Below, one piece after another: positions 29,160 to 38,284 of a DNA stretch of 64,000 nt. The first letter of the stretch is position 1. Each line of letters opens with the position of its first letter. The DNA is taken from assembly GCA_964534465.1 (NCBI GenBank), contig CAZHOB010000003.1, forward strand, positions 14,843 through 78,842, written 5' to 3'. Made by a program: the position numbers and the translations under genes. The stretch is from an uncultured Candidatus Saccharibacteria bacterium (lineage in GTDB: Bacteria > Patescibacteriota > Minisyncoccia > Phycocordibacterales > UBA2100). Under the pieces are notes generated by a model. That model saw only the letters and a program-made list of their open reading frames with translations, ran no database searches and was not told the origin of the DNA.

Positions 29160-29735
29160 CTATTTGCGGGCGCATGTGGTACAAGTGCCAAAAAGCTCAA
29201 ATGAATGGCTGTTGACCTTGGCGAAACCTGAAATTTCTCTTAACGCAGCCGTTGCAACTTTGTTGAATTCGCATGCTTCGACATCTTTTACGGTGCCGCA
29301 ATCGGTACAGGTAAGGTGATGATGGTGGTGGTCATTGAATTCATAATGCGCCCCGCCTTGACGTAAGTCGGTACGATTCAAAATAGCTGCATTTGCCAGT
29401 GCTTCAAGCGCTCGGTAGACATTGACGCGATCCAGTCGTGCCCCGCATTTCACAGCTACAGTAGGTACCGAAAGAGGCCCATGACTTGATCTCAGAACAG
29501 ACAACATTGCAAGTCGGCCTTCCGTAGACCGAAATCCGTGATCACGCAGGATCGTTTGAAGTTCCTTCCGGTCCGCGCCTCTATAAAATACCTGTATTTC
29601 GGTCGCCCGCCGCTGATCCGCGCGCGGTTTTCCGACCTGCCTGTGTGTCTTTTGAACGGGCCTATGGATTTTTCGTAAGGCTGCCAAGCGCCTTTTCTCC
29701 CACTCCGGGTCCGTCAAGCTTTTCCAAAGCACCAT
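29160..29735 (-). CDS. Fur family transcriptional regulator (Zur-like)
   Basis: VNVYRAL, HHHHHLTCTDCG, C-terminal CTTC; basic N-terminal extension. Confidence 0.88.
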   Translation of the reverse strand: MVLWKSLTDPEWEKRRLAALRKIHRPVQKTHRQVGKPRADQRRATEIQVFYRGADRKELQTILRDHGFRSTEGRLAMLSVLRSSHGPLSVPTVAVKCGARLDRVNVYRALEALANAAILNRTDLRQGGAHYEFNDHHHHHLTCTDCGTVKDVEACEFNKVATAALREISGFAKVNSHSFELFGTCTTCARK

Positions 29736-29760
29736 AGTGGTCACACTATCAGACCCCTCT

Positions 29761-29787
29761 CACTAATGCAACTAAGTTGCGTTAGTG
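29761..29787. promoter_or_regulatory. Putative Fur/Zur autoregulatory operator
   Basis: CACTAATGCAAC-taa-GTTGCGTTAGTG, 12-3-12 palindrome with one mismatch. Confidence 0.7.
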
Positions 29788-29813
29788 ATCTATAGCGAAG
29801 ATTTTTTAGCGAG

Positions 29814-30365
29814 TTAAGAGAAAAATCGGGCGACGCCTTTCGCGAGGAACGTGGCGACAAGAAGAAGGAACCACGCGAGAAATACTTTTGAACCGGTGTT
29901 CTCCACGTGCATTTCCATCACGCGCATGCTACGACCGGCGAGCACGTAGCCGGTGCCGCTCGGGGAGGTGAATGGAATGACGACTGCGTCGATACGGACG
30001 TCCCTGTCGGGCTGCCACGTATGGCCCCAGCGCCAAAATGCGACATTTTCAAAAACGCCGTGCGGAGGTGTGGGAGCCGCGCCGTCCAACATACCATTGC
30101 CACCGAGAACAGTTCCGTTTTTGTCGTACACGATGATGAACGGCGATTCACTATTGCGAATATCAACTGTCCTGTCCCCCACGAGCGAGCCCACTTGCAC
30201 ACCCTGCTTGAGGAACGCGACCGCATCCTCCGCGAGCTGTACCTGCGGGTCGTTGAATGACTGCCGGTAGCCTTGCTGCGCAGATATATAGACAATCAGG
30301 CACAGGCCCGTAATGGCTATGCCGAGAGGAAGCCACGATATAAAGATGCGTATAAGCGCTTTCAT
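29814..30365 (-). CDS. Two-TM membrane protein with sensor-like loop
   Basis: QQGYRQSFNDPQVQLAED, TWQP, GYVLAGRS. Confidence 0.75.
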   Translation of the reverse strand: MKALIRIFISWLPLGIAITGLCLIVYISAQQGYRQSFNDPQVQLAEDAVAFLKQGVQVGSLVGDRTVDIRNSESPFIIVYDKNGTVLGGNGMLDGAAPTPPHGVFENVAFWRWGHTWQPDRDVRIDAVVIPFTSPSGTGYVLAGRSMRVMEMHVENTGSKVFLAWFLLLVATFLAKGVARFFS

Positions 30366-30394
30366 ATATGCAGTATACACAATATGATATTGAA

Positions 30395-30916
30395 ATGTTC
30401 TCGCTTTTTCAGGCGCTCGATCAAGCAATAGCCGGCTCTCTCATGCCTCATACCCCCGCCATGACGCGCTTTTTTACGCGCATCACGCACCTCGGCGGGC
30501 TCTATGTGCTGACGACGGTCGCATGTGTCAGCGCCGCCCTCCTCGCCGCAGTCGGATTTTATGAATTCGCACTCGCGATCTGCGTTTCGCTCGGCAGCAC
30601 AATACTGACCTGCGAAATTTTGAAACGCACCTTCAAGCGTATTAGGCCGGTCGGTCCTCTCATCGTGCAGAGCGGACACTCGCTCCCAAGCGGACACTCA
30701 GCCGGCTCTTTTGTACTCTACGGATATCTTTCATATATACTCATCTCGCTTGCGCCAAGAGAGCCGGTCGCGTGGCTGACGGTCGCTGCACTTTCTACCA
30801 TTGTCGCTCTTGTCGGCTTCAGCCGCGTGTACCTGCGCGTGCATCACACGACCGACGTACTCGTCGGCTTTGCCATCGGTGCCTGCTATATCGCCATCGC
30901 CGCTTCATTTACGTAA
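30395..30916 (+). CDS. PAP2 family phosphatase
   Basis: K..FKRIRP, PSGHS, SRVYLRVH..DV. Confidence 0.92.
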   Translation: MFSLFQALDQAIAGSLMPHTPAMTRFFTRITHLGGLYVLTTVACVSAALLAAVGFYEFALAICVSLGSTILTCEILKRTFKRIRPVGPLIVQSGHSLPSGHSAGSFVLYGYLSYILISLAPREPVAWLTVAALSTIVALVGFSRVYLRVHHTTDVLVGFAIGACYIAIAASFT

Positions 30917-30990
30917 CTTGACGCCTCCATATTCGAGTGTTTTACTTGTGAAAGCCTCGCTTTCACAACAACTCAGAAAAGGAGACGGTG

Positions 30991-31143
30991 ATGAGGATCG
31001 TGGTGCCGATGCCAAAGCCGCGCTCGGAAGCGGCGCGCATGCTCGCCGATCCGCGCTATCGCAAGCGGATCGTGGAGAACAAGAAGAATAAAGAGAAATA
31101 TTCCCGCAGGGGACGCATGTCCGGGCGAAAGTCGGAATACTGA
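30991..31143 (+). CDS. ArfA-like small basic protein (50 aa; not in ORF track)
   Basis: MRIVVPMPKPRSEAARMLADPRYRKRIVENKKNKEKYSRRGRMSGRKSEY*; SD AAGGAG, TTGACG upstream, terminator after stop. Confidence 0.7.
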   Translation: MRIVVPMPKPRSEAARMLADPRYRKRIVENKKNKEKYSRRGRMSGRKSEY

Positions 31144-31153
31144 CCGCCCGCTT

Positions 31154-31504
31154 TTAGTGGGCGGTTTTATTATGTTGGTCGAGCATTTCCTTGTAACGCT
31201 CCACCCAGCTGTCGAAAAATGAGATCGTTTCTGCGAGCTCTTTCTTTGCATCCTCATCGGCGAATTCCCCTACATCCAATAATTCCTGCGCTTTTTCCCG
31301 TGCTTCAAGGAATGCGGGAGATCGCGACATTTCGAGCAATCCGTGAGAGACCTCCGGAATAAGCTCGGAGGGAAGCCCCGGCTCAATGACCGCGCTCATG
31401 AGCATGTCGCCGATCTTTTTTGCCTCCACATCATCCTTCTGCTTCGACGACTCCTGCCCGCGATGCCACATTTTTTCCAGAAACATACCGCTCCAGTGTA
31501 TCAC
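31154..31504 (-). CDS. Hypothetical protein
   Basis: 116-aa ORF overlapping pyrB stop. Confidence 0.6.
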   Translation of the reverse strand: MIHWSGMFLEKMWHRGQESSKQKDDVEAKKIGDMLMSAVIEPGLPSELIPEVSHGLLEMSRSPAFLEAREKAQELLDVGEFADEDAKKELAETISFFDSWVERYKEMLDQHNKTAH

Positions 31505-32409
31505 TTCTTATTGCCGATCACTGCTTTCAGCAGCGCCATGCGTACGAGGAGGCCATAGCCGACTTGTCGGAAGTAGACAGCGTGCGGCGAATCATCGACT
31601 TCGCGTGTGATCTCAGCAACGCGCGGCAGCGGATGAATGATGATCGCTTTCTTTTTCATGGAATCGGCAAGCTTACGATCGATAACGTAGCGATCTTTGA
31701 ATAGTTCGTACGATCTTTTGCTCTTGAAGCGCTCCTTTTGGACGCGCGTCTGATACACCACGTCTACTTCTCTCATCGACTTCTCAAGCTCATCCGTCTC
31801 GTCGAATGATGCTTTGTGCTTTTTTAGGTATATTTTAATGTCATCGTCGATCCGTAGCTCCGGCGCAGAGACGAACGTAATATGAATGTCTTTGTATTTG
31901 CCGAGCAAATATGCGAGCGAGCGCGCGGCGCGACCGTATTTGAGATCACCAACGAACGCGATGCGAATGCCGTCGATGCCCCCGAGCTCCCTCTGTATCG
32001 TGTACATGTCGAGCAATGCTTGCGTGGGATGTTGGCCCGCACCGTCGCCCGCATTGATGATGGGCACGCGAGAGACAGTGGCGGCGCGGGCCGAAGCGCC
32101 ACTCTCCGGATGGCGCAACACTATGACGTCGGCGTAATAATTGATGACCTTGATAGCATCTTCGAGAGACTCCCCTTTTGCCGCCGAGGAAAATTCAGGG
32201 CCGTTCTCCGTGGTCAATACGTCGCCACCCAGCCGGTACATCGCGCTCTCGAAGCTGAAACGCGTGCGCGTAGAAGGCTCATAAAAAAGAGAGGCAAGTA
32301 TTTTGCCCTTGAGCGAAAGTTCGCGCATATTTTCCAGAGAATCAGCGAGAGCGAACAATTGTTTGAGAAAGTCCCTGCTGAATTGCTGCGTCTCAACGAC
32401 GTGATGCAT
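31501..32409 (-). CDS. pyrB: Aspartate carbamoyltransferase
   Basis: FYEPSTRT, HPTQALLD, GDLKYGR, YQTRVQKER, HPLPR. Confidence 0.97.
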   Translation of the reverse strand: MHHVVETQQFSRDFLKQLFALADSLENMRELSLKGKILASLFYEPSTRTRFSFESAMYRLGGDVLTTENGPEFSSAAKGESLEDAIKVINYYADVIVLRHPESGASARAATVSRVPIINAGDGAGQHPTQALLDMYTIQRELGGIDGIRIAFVGDLKYGRAARSLAYLLGKYKDIHITFVSAPELRIDDDIKIYLKKHKASFDETDELEKSMREVDVVYQTRVQKERFKSKRSYELFKDRYVIDRKLADSMKKKAIIIHPLPRVAEITREVDDSPHAVYFRQVGYGLLVRMALLKAVIGNKK

Positions 32410-32452
32410 CAAAATTAAATTATACAACATTATCGCAATCTGTCATGACGGT

Positions 32453-33814
32453 TTATCGTGCAAAAGGCTGGGCCAAAGTCCAGAGCCCAAATGCCGTATA
32501 GAAAACCATCAGCAGCATAAGCGGGAGTTGGCTCACGATGACATCGCGTTTGATGCTAAAAACGCGCAGTGTAATGCGATGCGCGACTATCGCCGCGATG
32601 ACGTGCCCGATCACGATAGCACTGAGCTGGATAAGCCATACCTTGTCGGCTCCTATAATGCCGATATTTACCTGATTCCCTGCAGTACCAAAAATATCCC
32701 ATCCTTTATTGAACGGATCGGACATTTGGGCGATGAAGGCCTGTCCTTGGGTCAATATAAGCGTGAAATAGTGCGCGAAGTGATACGCGATAGCTATTGG
32801 CACAAGTGAATATGTAAATCGAAGCTGAAGCTGCGAAAATGAAAGCGTGGTATGCGTCATCACTTTCATCGCATACACCGCAAGCGAATACAGCCCGAGA
32901 AGGAAGAAAGGGATAATAAGAAGCGCGAGCATGCCGATCCAGTTGAACAGAGAGTACGAAAAGTATCCGATGAATTCCCACCAAATGTTCGTTTCCTGCA
33001 ATCCATCGAGAATTGTCGAACCGAGCATGACCAGAATAAAAATGAGCAGACTGATGTGAGCAGCGCTCTCTTGCACGAGTCCCTCGCCGGGCCACGAAAT
33101 GATCACTCTTTCTTCCTCAATATGTATCGGCGCAAATTTCCCGATGAGCAGGAACAGCGTAGAAAATAATTCACCGCGCACGAACCACACCTCTGCACCG
33201 AAATACATACTGCCCGCCTGACACACGAGCATATAGAGCGCGAGGAGCGCGCCGAGCACGACCGGGATCGCACCTAAACCGTACGAGAAAAGCTCGAGGC
33301 AAAGCAGTGCAAGAAAGAGTGCGGTGGGGACAAATGGCAGCCAGTAGGGCTCGTATCGCCTCCGCTCTTGCTCGCCGAACAGCATCTCCATTGCACTGAA
33401 CGGATTGAGATAGTCCCACAGACCGCCGACAAGTGCGGTGAAATATGTAAAAAGCAGCAAAAATATCACCCAAAAAAGATCCGGTAGCGGGTTGTGGATG
33501 TAATCCTGTGCACCCAAAAATGCGAGCGCAAAGGCGAAGAGAACGATGCCCGTGCCGAACGCTCGTAAAAACAATTTGACGAAGCGTGCGGCAGGTAGCG
33601 GCTTGATAATAAAGAAAGGCGGTTTATCGCGCGCGATTGGATCGCTGAAAAAGAGCAAGACGACGCACGATGCGACAAAGGCCCCCACGCCGCCCGTTAC
33701 ATATAAAGCCACCGGCAGCGGAAGTGTGTATTGCACTCCGAACGCGTGTGCAAATGCGACCGATGGGAACGCGACAAGCGCCGAGCTGAGCAGCGCGAGC
33801 GGTCGTAATTTCAT
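32453..33814 (-). CDS. Polytopic membrane protein
   Basis: About 10 TMs; HAFGVQYTLPLP, SLVPIAIAYHFAHY, SDPF..GW. Confidence 0.8.
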   Translation of the reverse strand: MKLRPLALLSSALVAFPSVAFAHAFGVQYTLPLPVALYVTGGVGAFVASCVVLLFFSDPIARDKPPFFIIKPLPAARFVKLFLRAFGTGIVLFAFALAFLGAQDYIHNPLPDLFWVIFLLLFTYFTALVGGLWDYLNPFSAMEMLFGEQERRRYEPYWLPFVPTALFLALLCLELFSYGLGAIPVVLGALLALYMLVCQAGSMYFGAEVWFVRGELFSTLFLLIGKFAPIHIEEERVIISWPGEGLVQESAAHISLLIFILVMLGSTILDGLQETNIWWEFIGYFSYSLFNWIGMLALLIIPFFLLGLYSLAVYAMKVMTHTTLSFSQLQLRFTYSLVPIAIAYHFAHYFTLILTQGQAFIAQMSDPFNKGWDIFGTAGNQVNIGIIGADKVWLIQLSAIVIGHVIAAIVAHRITLRVFSIKRDVIVSQLPLMLLMVFYTAFGLWTLAQPFAR

Positions 33815-33817
33815 ACC

Positions 33818-34180
33818 TTACGGTTGTACCTGCAGCGAACCGAGCTCTGTCTTGCTATGTTCTAGTTCAAAAGGAAAGTTGCCGCTCGCATTGGCTACGA
33901 GCGTGAGCGTGGCGGGCTGTCCAGCGGTAATATCAACACTCTTGTCATACCCATGCAAATGCAGCTCCTCGTTTTCGTCGACGGTGATAGTGATGGCAAC
34001 GGTATCACCCGTATGCGCGGTAAGCGTGCTTTCACCATCTACGAGTTTACGATGCTGCACCACGAGCGTGAATGCTTTTGTTGTCGGCTCGGGATTACCA
34101 GAACCAAAAGAATCGCTCAGCAAATATGCTCCGATCCCTACGGCGAGCATTGCAACGAGGATAGCGGCCAGTTTATTCAT
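33818..34180 (-). CDS. Cupredoxin-like exported protein
   Basis: GDTVAITI, ELHLHGYD, GNFPFELEH. Confidence 0.8.
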   Translation of the reverse strand: MNKLAAILVAMLAVGIGAYLLSDSFGSGNPEPTTKAFTLVVQHRKLVDGESTLTAHTGDTVAITITVDENEELHLHGYDKSVDITAGQPATLTLVANASGNFPFELEHSKTELGSLQVQP

Positions 34181-34263
34181 ACAGTTACGTAGAAATACTA
34201 TATCATCGTGCGCACTAAAATACAGGCGCTTCAACGCGCCTGCATTTTACTGTGTTGTAACGG

Positions 34264-34413
34264 TTAGAGCGGATTTTCGCCGCGGATCAATCTGACGAGA
34301 ACGATCACGACCGCAAGGAGCAGAAGTAGGTGAATAAAGCCTCCGAGCGTGTACGAAGACACCACTCCCAAGAACCAGAGAACGACCAATAAAACAGCAA
34401 TTGAAAATAACAT
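34264..34413 (-). CDS. lmo0937-family small membrane protein
   Basis: LWFLG..SSYTLGGFIHLLL; SD GGAGG. Confidence 0.85.
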   Translation of the reverse strand: MLFSIAVLLVVLWFLGVVSSYTLGGFIHLLLLLAVVIVLVRLIRGENPL

Positions 34414-34529
34414 ACCTCCGTATTGTGCGGCTACAGTAGTGAAAGCGAGGTGAACTGTGAACGAGGAGGGATGCGCCTTCCTCATTCGCGAACGGATGAA
34501 GAAAAGCCGCCCGAGAGCGGCTTCAGAAT

Positions 34530-35204
34530 TCATTCATGTGTCGTGGATTCGCCTAAGTGCTCGGCGTCGTTCCAGATACGAATGAGCCAATCGCCATCCT
34601 TGACCCACGGATGCCACACATTGTCGCGAGCGCGGATGATCTGCGAAAGGCCTGTATTGGTCGAGGTCATGCCAAAAAGCACGCCGCGCAATTGATCGGG
34701 CGTGATATTCTCGCCGAACATGATGCGCGCCATGATGCATCGGAGAAAGAAGCCATGCCCGACAGCAACGATCGAGTGAGCTGGATGTTTCGCCCAGAGA
34801 CCAAGCATTCTTTCAGCGCGGTTCACTATCTCCTCGAAATTTTCTCCGCCCTCCACCTTTTTACCGGAGGTAAGGAACGATTCCGTCCACTCATAGTGCA
34901 GCTGCTGACACTTCGGGTCCCATTCGTACATGCCAATGAGTCTCGGGGGCTCTTTTCGTTCCACGAGGTCGTCAAAATATTCAATGGGTTTTCCCGTCTC
35001 TTCGTGGATGAACCACGCCGTACGACGCGCTCGCTCCATGGTACTTGCGTGAATGACATCAAAATCAAGTGCGGCGCAGCGCTTCGCGACACGCGCGGCC
35101 TGCTGCTCGCCTTTTTCCGTAAGCGGTACTTCTGGTCCCCAAAATTTGTCGTCGACATTGGCCACGCTTTGTCCGTGCCGTACGAGGTATACTGTCTCTG
35201 CCAT
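34530..35204 (-). CDS. Histidine phosphatase (phosphoglycerate mutase family)
   Basis: LVRHGQS, RARRTA, VGHG. Confidence 0.92.
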   Translation of the reverse strand: MAETVYLVRHGQSVANVDDKFWGPEVPLTEKGEQQAARVAKRCAALDFDVIHASTMERARRTAWFIHEETGKPIEYFDDLVERKEPPRLIGMYEWDPKCQQLHYEWTESFLTSGKKVEGGENFEEIVNRAERMLGLWAKHPAHSIVAVGHGFFLRCIMARIMFGENITPDQLRGVLFGMTSTNTGLSQIIRARDNVWHPWVKDGDWLIRIWNDAEHLGESTTHE

Positions 35205-35247
35205 TTTTGCATCCTATCATCTGAACTTGTCTTTTTGCATCCTATCA
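35204..35247 (-). repeat. 16-bp direct repeat duplicating an extended -10 box
   Basis: TTTTTGCATCCTATCA at 35204-35219 and 35232-35247. Confidence 0.8.
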
Positions 35248-35317
35248 CGGCAAAAAAGAAAGAACCGCTCACATAGTGAACGGTTCAATATTTCAACGAT
35301 GCATTTCCGCAGCGATA

Positions 35318-35611
35318 TTACCACCGACCCGCAAGCGGCCTAAGAGCACTGAAGAGCCGCTCATGCAAAGCGGGGATCAGGTCCTGAAGCGCCGCTTCGC
35401 GTGCCGGATCGCCCTCGAAATGGTTGAGCGGCAGCATGAAACCGTTGTCGCCTCTTTTGCCGATATCGAACACGATGCCGTACTCTTTCTCAAGCCCGTC
35501 GAGCGCATAGTGCAATCGACAGAAATAGCTGCCGCGCTCATGCTCGATCCGGAGTGGCTGCAAACCCGCGATAGCGGACACGGTCGAAACGTCGATGACC
35601 AGTTCGGGCAT
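35318..35611 (-). CDS. Hypothetical protein (ORFan cassette)
   Basis: SD AGGAG; 97 aa. Confidence 0.55.
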   Translation of the reverse strand: MPELVIDVSTVSAIAGLQPLRIEHERGSYFCRLHYALDGLEKEYGIVFDIGKRGDNGFMLPLNHFEGDPAREAALQDLIPALHERLFSALRPLAGRW

Positions 35612-35776
35612 TGGAATCTCCTCTGACTACCTTCGACCACATTAACATAACTGCCATATCCGTCAGGCGAGGCCTCATGGCTTGATCCTTCCCAAACGCA
35701 TTTAGTTGACACCTATGCATATATAGTTTATAATAATTATCGGTTGGTCGTTCACACAAACACAAAGGAGGTTGCG

Positions 35777-36283
35777 ATGGGCCACCGACTACCGCGAATA
35801 CAGTTCGTGTTCGAAGGAAGGAAGCTCTGCCACTTGAGCCAAAAGCCGTCGTGCATTCCCCCGCTCATCTTGGGCGGAAGGAAGGAACTTCGGTGGATTA
35901 CCAAGGGCCGGAGCGTGACCGCCGCATTCTACAACAGTGGCAAGCACGTCTACTGGCAATGGGACCGTACATGGCCCCGGCAATACGAACGGTGGGAGCA
36001 ACAGCTCATGTGGCTGCGCTACCAGCAATTCCCACGGAAACGTTTGCGAGGAGAGAAGCTGCCAAACTGCGTCGTGTGGCATGATGGGCACAGATGGACA
36101 AGACGGAACGGTGCGCGCATTGCACGTCTGCGCGTCCACACCTTTCATGGCAATGCGTGGACCCTGTACTTGGTACCGGACCGGATGTACTACATCGTGC
36201 ATTTCGGCGACGGATGCGAGGCGGTATTCATGACGGACGACACCGTCACGATGCCGAAGGAACTTCTTCTTGGTGATGAGTAA
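35777..36283 (+). CDS. Hypothetical Trp/Arg-rich protein (ORFan cassette)
   Basis: TTGACA-N17-TATAAT, SD AAGGAGG, terminator about 36346-36382. Confidence 0.7.
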   Translation: MGHRLPRIQFVFEGRKLCHLSQKPSCIPPLILGGRKELRWITKGRSVTAAFYNSGKHVYWQWDRTWPRQYERWEQQLMWLRYQQFPRKRLRGEKLPNCVVWHDGHRWTRRNGARIARLRVHTFHGNAWTLYLVPDRMYYIVHFGDGCEAVFMTDDTVTMPKELLLGDE

Positions 36284-36427
36284 GTAAAAATTGGAATGCT
36301 GCAAGGAATGTTTGCAAAATGACAAACATCGGATGCAGAAAATGAAAAACTCCCTTTACAATATAAATATGTAGGGAGTTTTCAGTTTGTGGTTTTACAA
36401 ACGGCAACAACCATGCGCCACTTTCTT

Positions 36428-36472
36428 TTATAAGACGAATCCCGTTTCTGTAGATGACCGTTTCTTTGCCGT
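36428..36472 (-). pseudogene. Relic duplicate of the aminopeptidase 3' end
   Basis: Aligns to 36952-36998 (39/45 identical plus 2-nt gap); DGKETVIYRNG-FVL* vs NGKEKVIYKDGMFVL*. Confidence 0.85.
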
Positions 36473-36672
36473 CTGTACCAGAAACCATGAGGCGTCGCCT
36501 CATGGCTTGACAGATTATAATTTGTATGCATAATATTGCCCAGGAACCCATGGCAACCCTCTAGGAAAGAGAGACTTGGAATGCCGCAGCTCGGCCTAGC
36601 CGAATTGCACTCCGTCTGATGTAGAGAAGCGCTGGAATGACTCCGGCGCGCCCCAACCCGACGGAGGGAATC

Positions 36673-36909
36673 ATGGGCAATCACCATCCGACCATCACCA
36701 GGTACACCTGTGCGGTGTGTTGGCACAACGGGCAAGGGCTCCGTTGTACTGGCGACGAAGTTGCCGTGCCGTTGTGGACCTCTCTCAAAGAGGCTTACGC
36801 GGACCCCGTTCATAACGACGGGTGTGGCATCGTCGAACTCGAGATCACACTGAAGAACGTGATCATCGAGACCTCGCCGACGTGGTGCGAGGTACCGCAG
36901 GACGAATAG
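36673..36909 (+). CDS. Small Cys/His-containing hypothetical protein (cassette between aminopeptidase copies)
   Basis: SD GGAGGG; TTGACA at 36507; long structured leader; terminator about 36919-36951. Confidence 0.7.
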   Translation: MGNHHPTITRYTCAVCWHNGQGLRCTGDEVAVPLWTSLKEAYADPVHNDGCGIVELEITLKNVIIETSPTWCEVPQDE

Positions 36910-36951
36910 TCCTGCAATAAGCGCTCGGCTACGGCCGGGCGTTTTCTTTTT

Positions 36952-38190
36952 TTATAGGACGAACATTCCGTCTTTGTAGATAACCTTTTCTTTGCCGTTT
37001 TTGAGGTGGGCTGTCACGGTGCGGTCGGTGGTGGAAATGATGTCGGTGTGGACGGATGAGTCGTTGAAGCCGAGCGCTTCGGCTTGTTTCTTGGAAAGTT
37101 TGGATGGATCGCCGCGATAGGTGTCGCGATACGACATGCCGAGCGCGACGTGGGTGTTGCCGTAGCGGCCGCCCATGTTTTCATCGAAGAGTGTTTCGGC
37201 CATAAATTTGGTGATGCGCGAGTGACGGCTGTCGGTCAGCGAATACTCGCCTATTTTATCTGCATCCTTCGTCGCTATCATTTCTTTGAGGAACTTTTCG
37301 TTGGTCTTGGCGCTGCTTTTGACCACGCGACCATCTTTGAACCACAGCTGAATGCCGGTTATTTTGTTGCTATAGCGATAGAGCGGCTGATTGAATCGCA
37401 CCCAGCCTTCCGTACCGCGCCAATCGGGCGAAGTGAATATCTCAAAGCTCGGGATGTTGCGTCCGCTGCCTGCGAGCCAATTGCGCTTTTTACCGAGACG
37501 AATTTTCAAATCCATATCCGTCCCCTTGGCATGCAAATAGTCTACTTTGGGCGAAAGTTTGTTGAGTTTGGAGCGGAAGAGGTCTATTTGCCTGTACACT
37601 GCCTTCCATTTCGCAATAGGATTTTTCTCATCGAGAAAACACGCCTTGATTATCTGGTTCCAGTACTCTTTTTCACTCAATCCGGCTTCCTTTGCCATCG
37701 CGGGTGTGCCATAGAGACCGATAGTCCATGTAAATTTCCCTTTCCATTCCTTTTCGTGCCGCCAATCCATAAAAGGCTTGAGGGCCACACCGCGACGCAT
37801 GATCTTTTTTGGATCCACGCCTTTGAGCGCGTGCGGGTCGGCGTCGGAAAGGATAAAGAGCGAGTGATCCATCTGGTCCACAAGGCCGCGTAAATATTTT
37901 GCGGGAAAGAAATCGAGCTGGTGGTCTTTAGCGTGCTCGTAGAAAAAGCGGGTGAAGCTCTCGTTGCGGCGCTTGTCGCCCTGCTCGTCGTCGGGTCCGT
38001 AGTTCTGGATGACATGCCCTCCCGCAGCCACGATCGCATTGCAAACTGCGTTGTAGAGCGGTTTCGCTGATTCGGCGCTTGAAACGCGGACGACGTCGCC
38101 CTTCTTGATCCCCTTCCCGCCGCCGAGCGCAAAATTGACCAGCACGTCGGCATATTTTTTTAATATTTCGTTGCTCGGTGTGTATGACAT
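36952..38190 (-). CDS. Aminopeptidase (M29, AmpS/PepS family)
   Basis: NIPSFEIFTSP, IGEYSL, LFDENMGG..HVALG..Y, NDSSVHTDII. Confidence 0.92.
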   Translation of the reverse strand: MSYTPSNEILKKYADVLVNFALGGGKGIKKGDVVRVSSAESAKPLYNAVCNAIVAAGGHVIQNYGPDDEQGDKRRNESFTRFFYEHAKDHQLDFFPAKYLRGLVDQMDHSLFILSDADPHALKGVDPKKIMRRGVALKPFMDWRHEKEWKGKFTWTIGLYGTPAMAKEAGLSEKEYWNQIIKACFLDEKNPIAKWKAVYRQIDLFRSKLNKLSPKVDYLHAKGTDMDLKIRLGKKRNWLAGSGRNIPSFEIFTSPDWRGTEGWVRFNQPLYRYSNKITGIQLWFKDGRVVKSSAKTNEKFLKEMIATKDADKIGEYSLTDSRHSRITKFMAETLFDENMGGRYGNTHVALGMSYRDTYRGDPSKLSKKQAEALGFNDSSVHTDIISTTDRTVTAHLKNGKEKVIYKDGMFVL

Positions 38191-38284
38191 GGCTGAAGAG
38201 TACTAGCGTGAAGATGATTTGTCTATGTACGACAAGGCGGCAAAAAAGCCCCCGCGGGGGCTTTTTTGCCGCTGTCTTTTAGTA

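Noticed and set aside
34439-34450. 12-mer shared at equal distance upstream of two small ORFs as a transcription-factor site
   Set aside because: Better explained as a copy of palindromic repeat family A, which also occurs inside uvrB.
36613-36632. CTGATG..GAA as a hammerhead ribozyme core
   Set aside because: Does not fit CUGANGA-stem II-GAAA.
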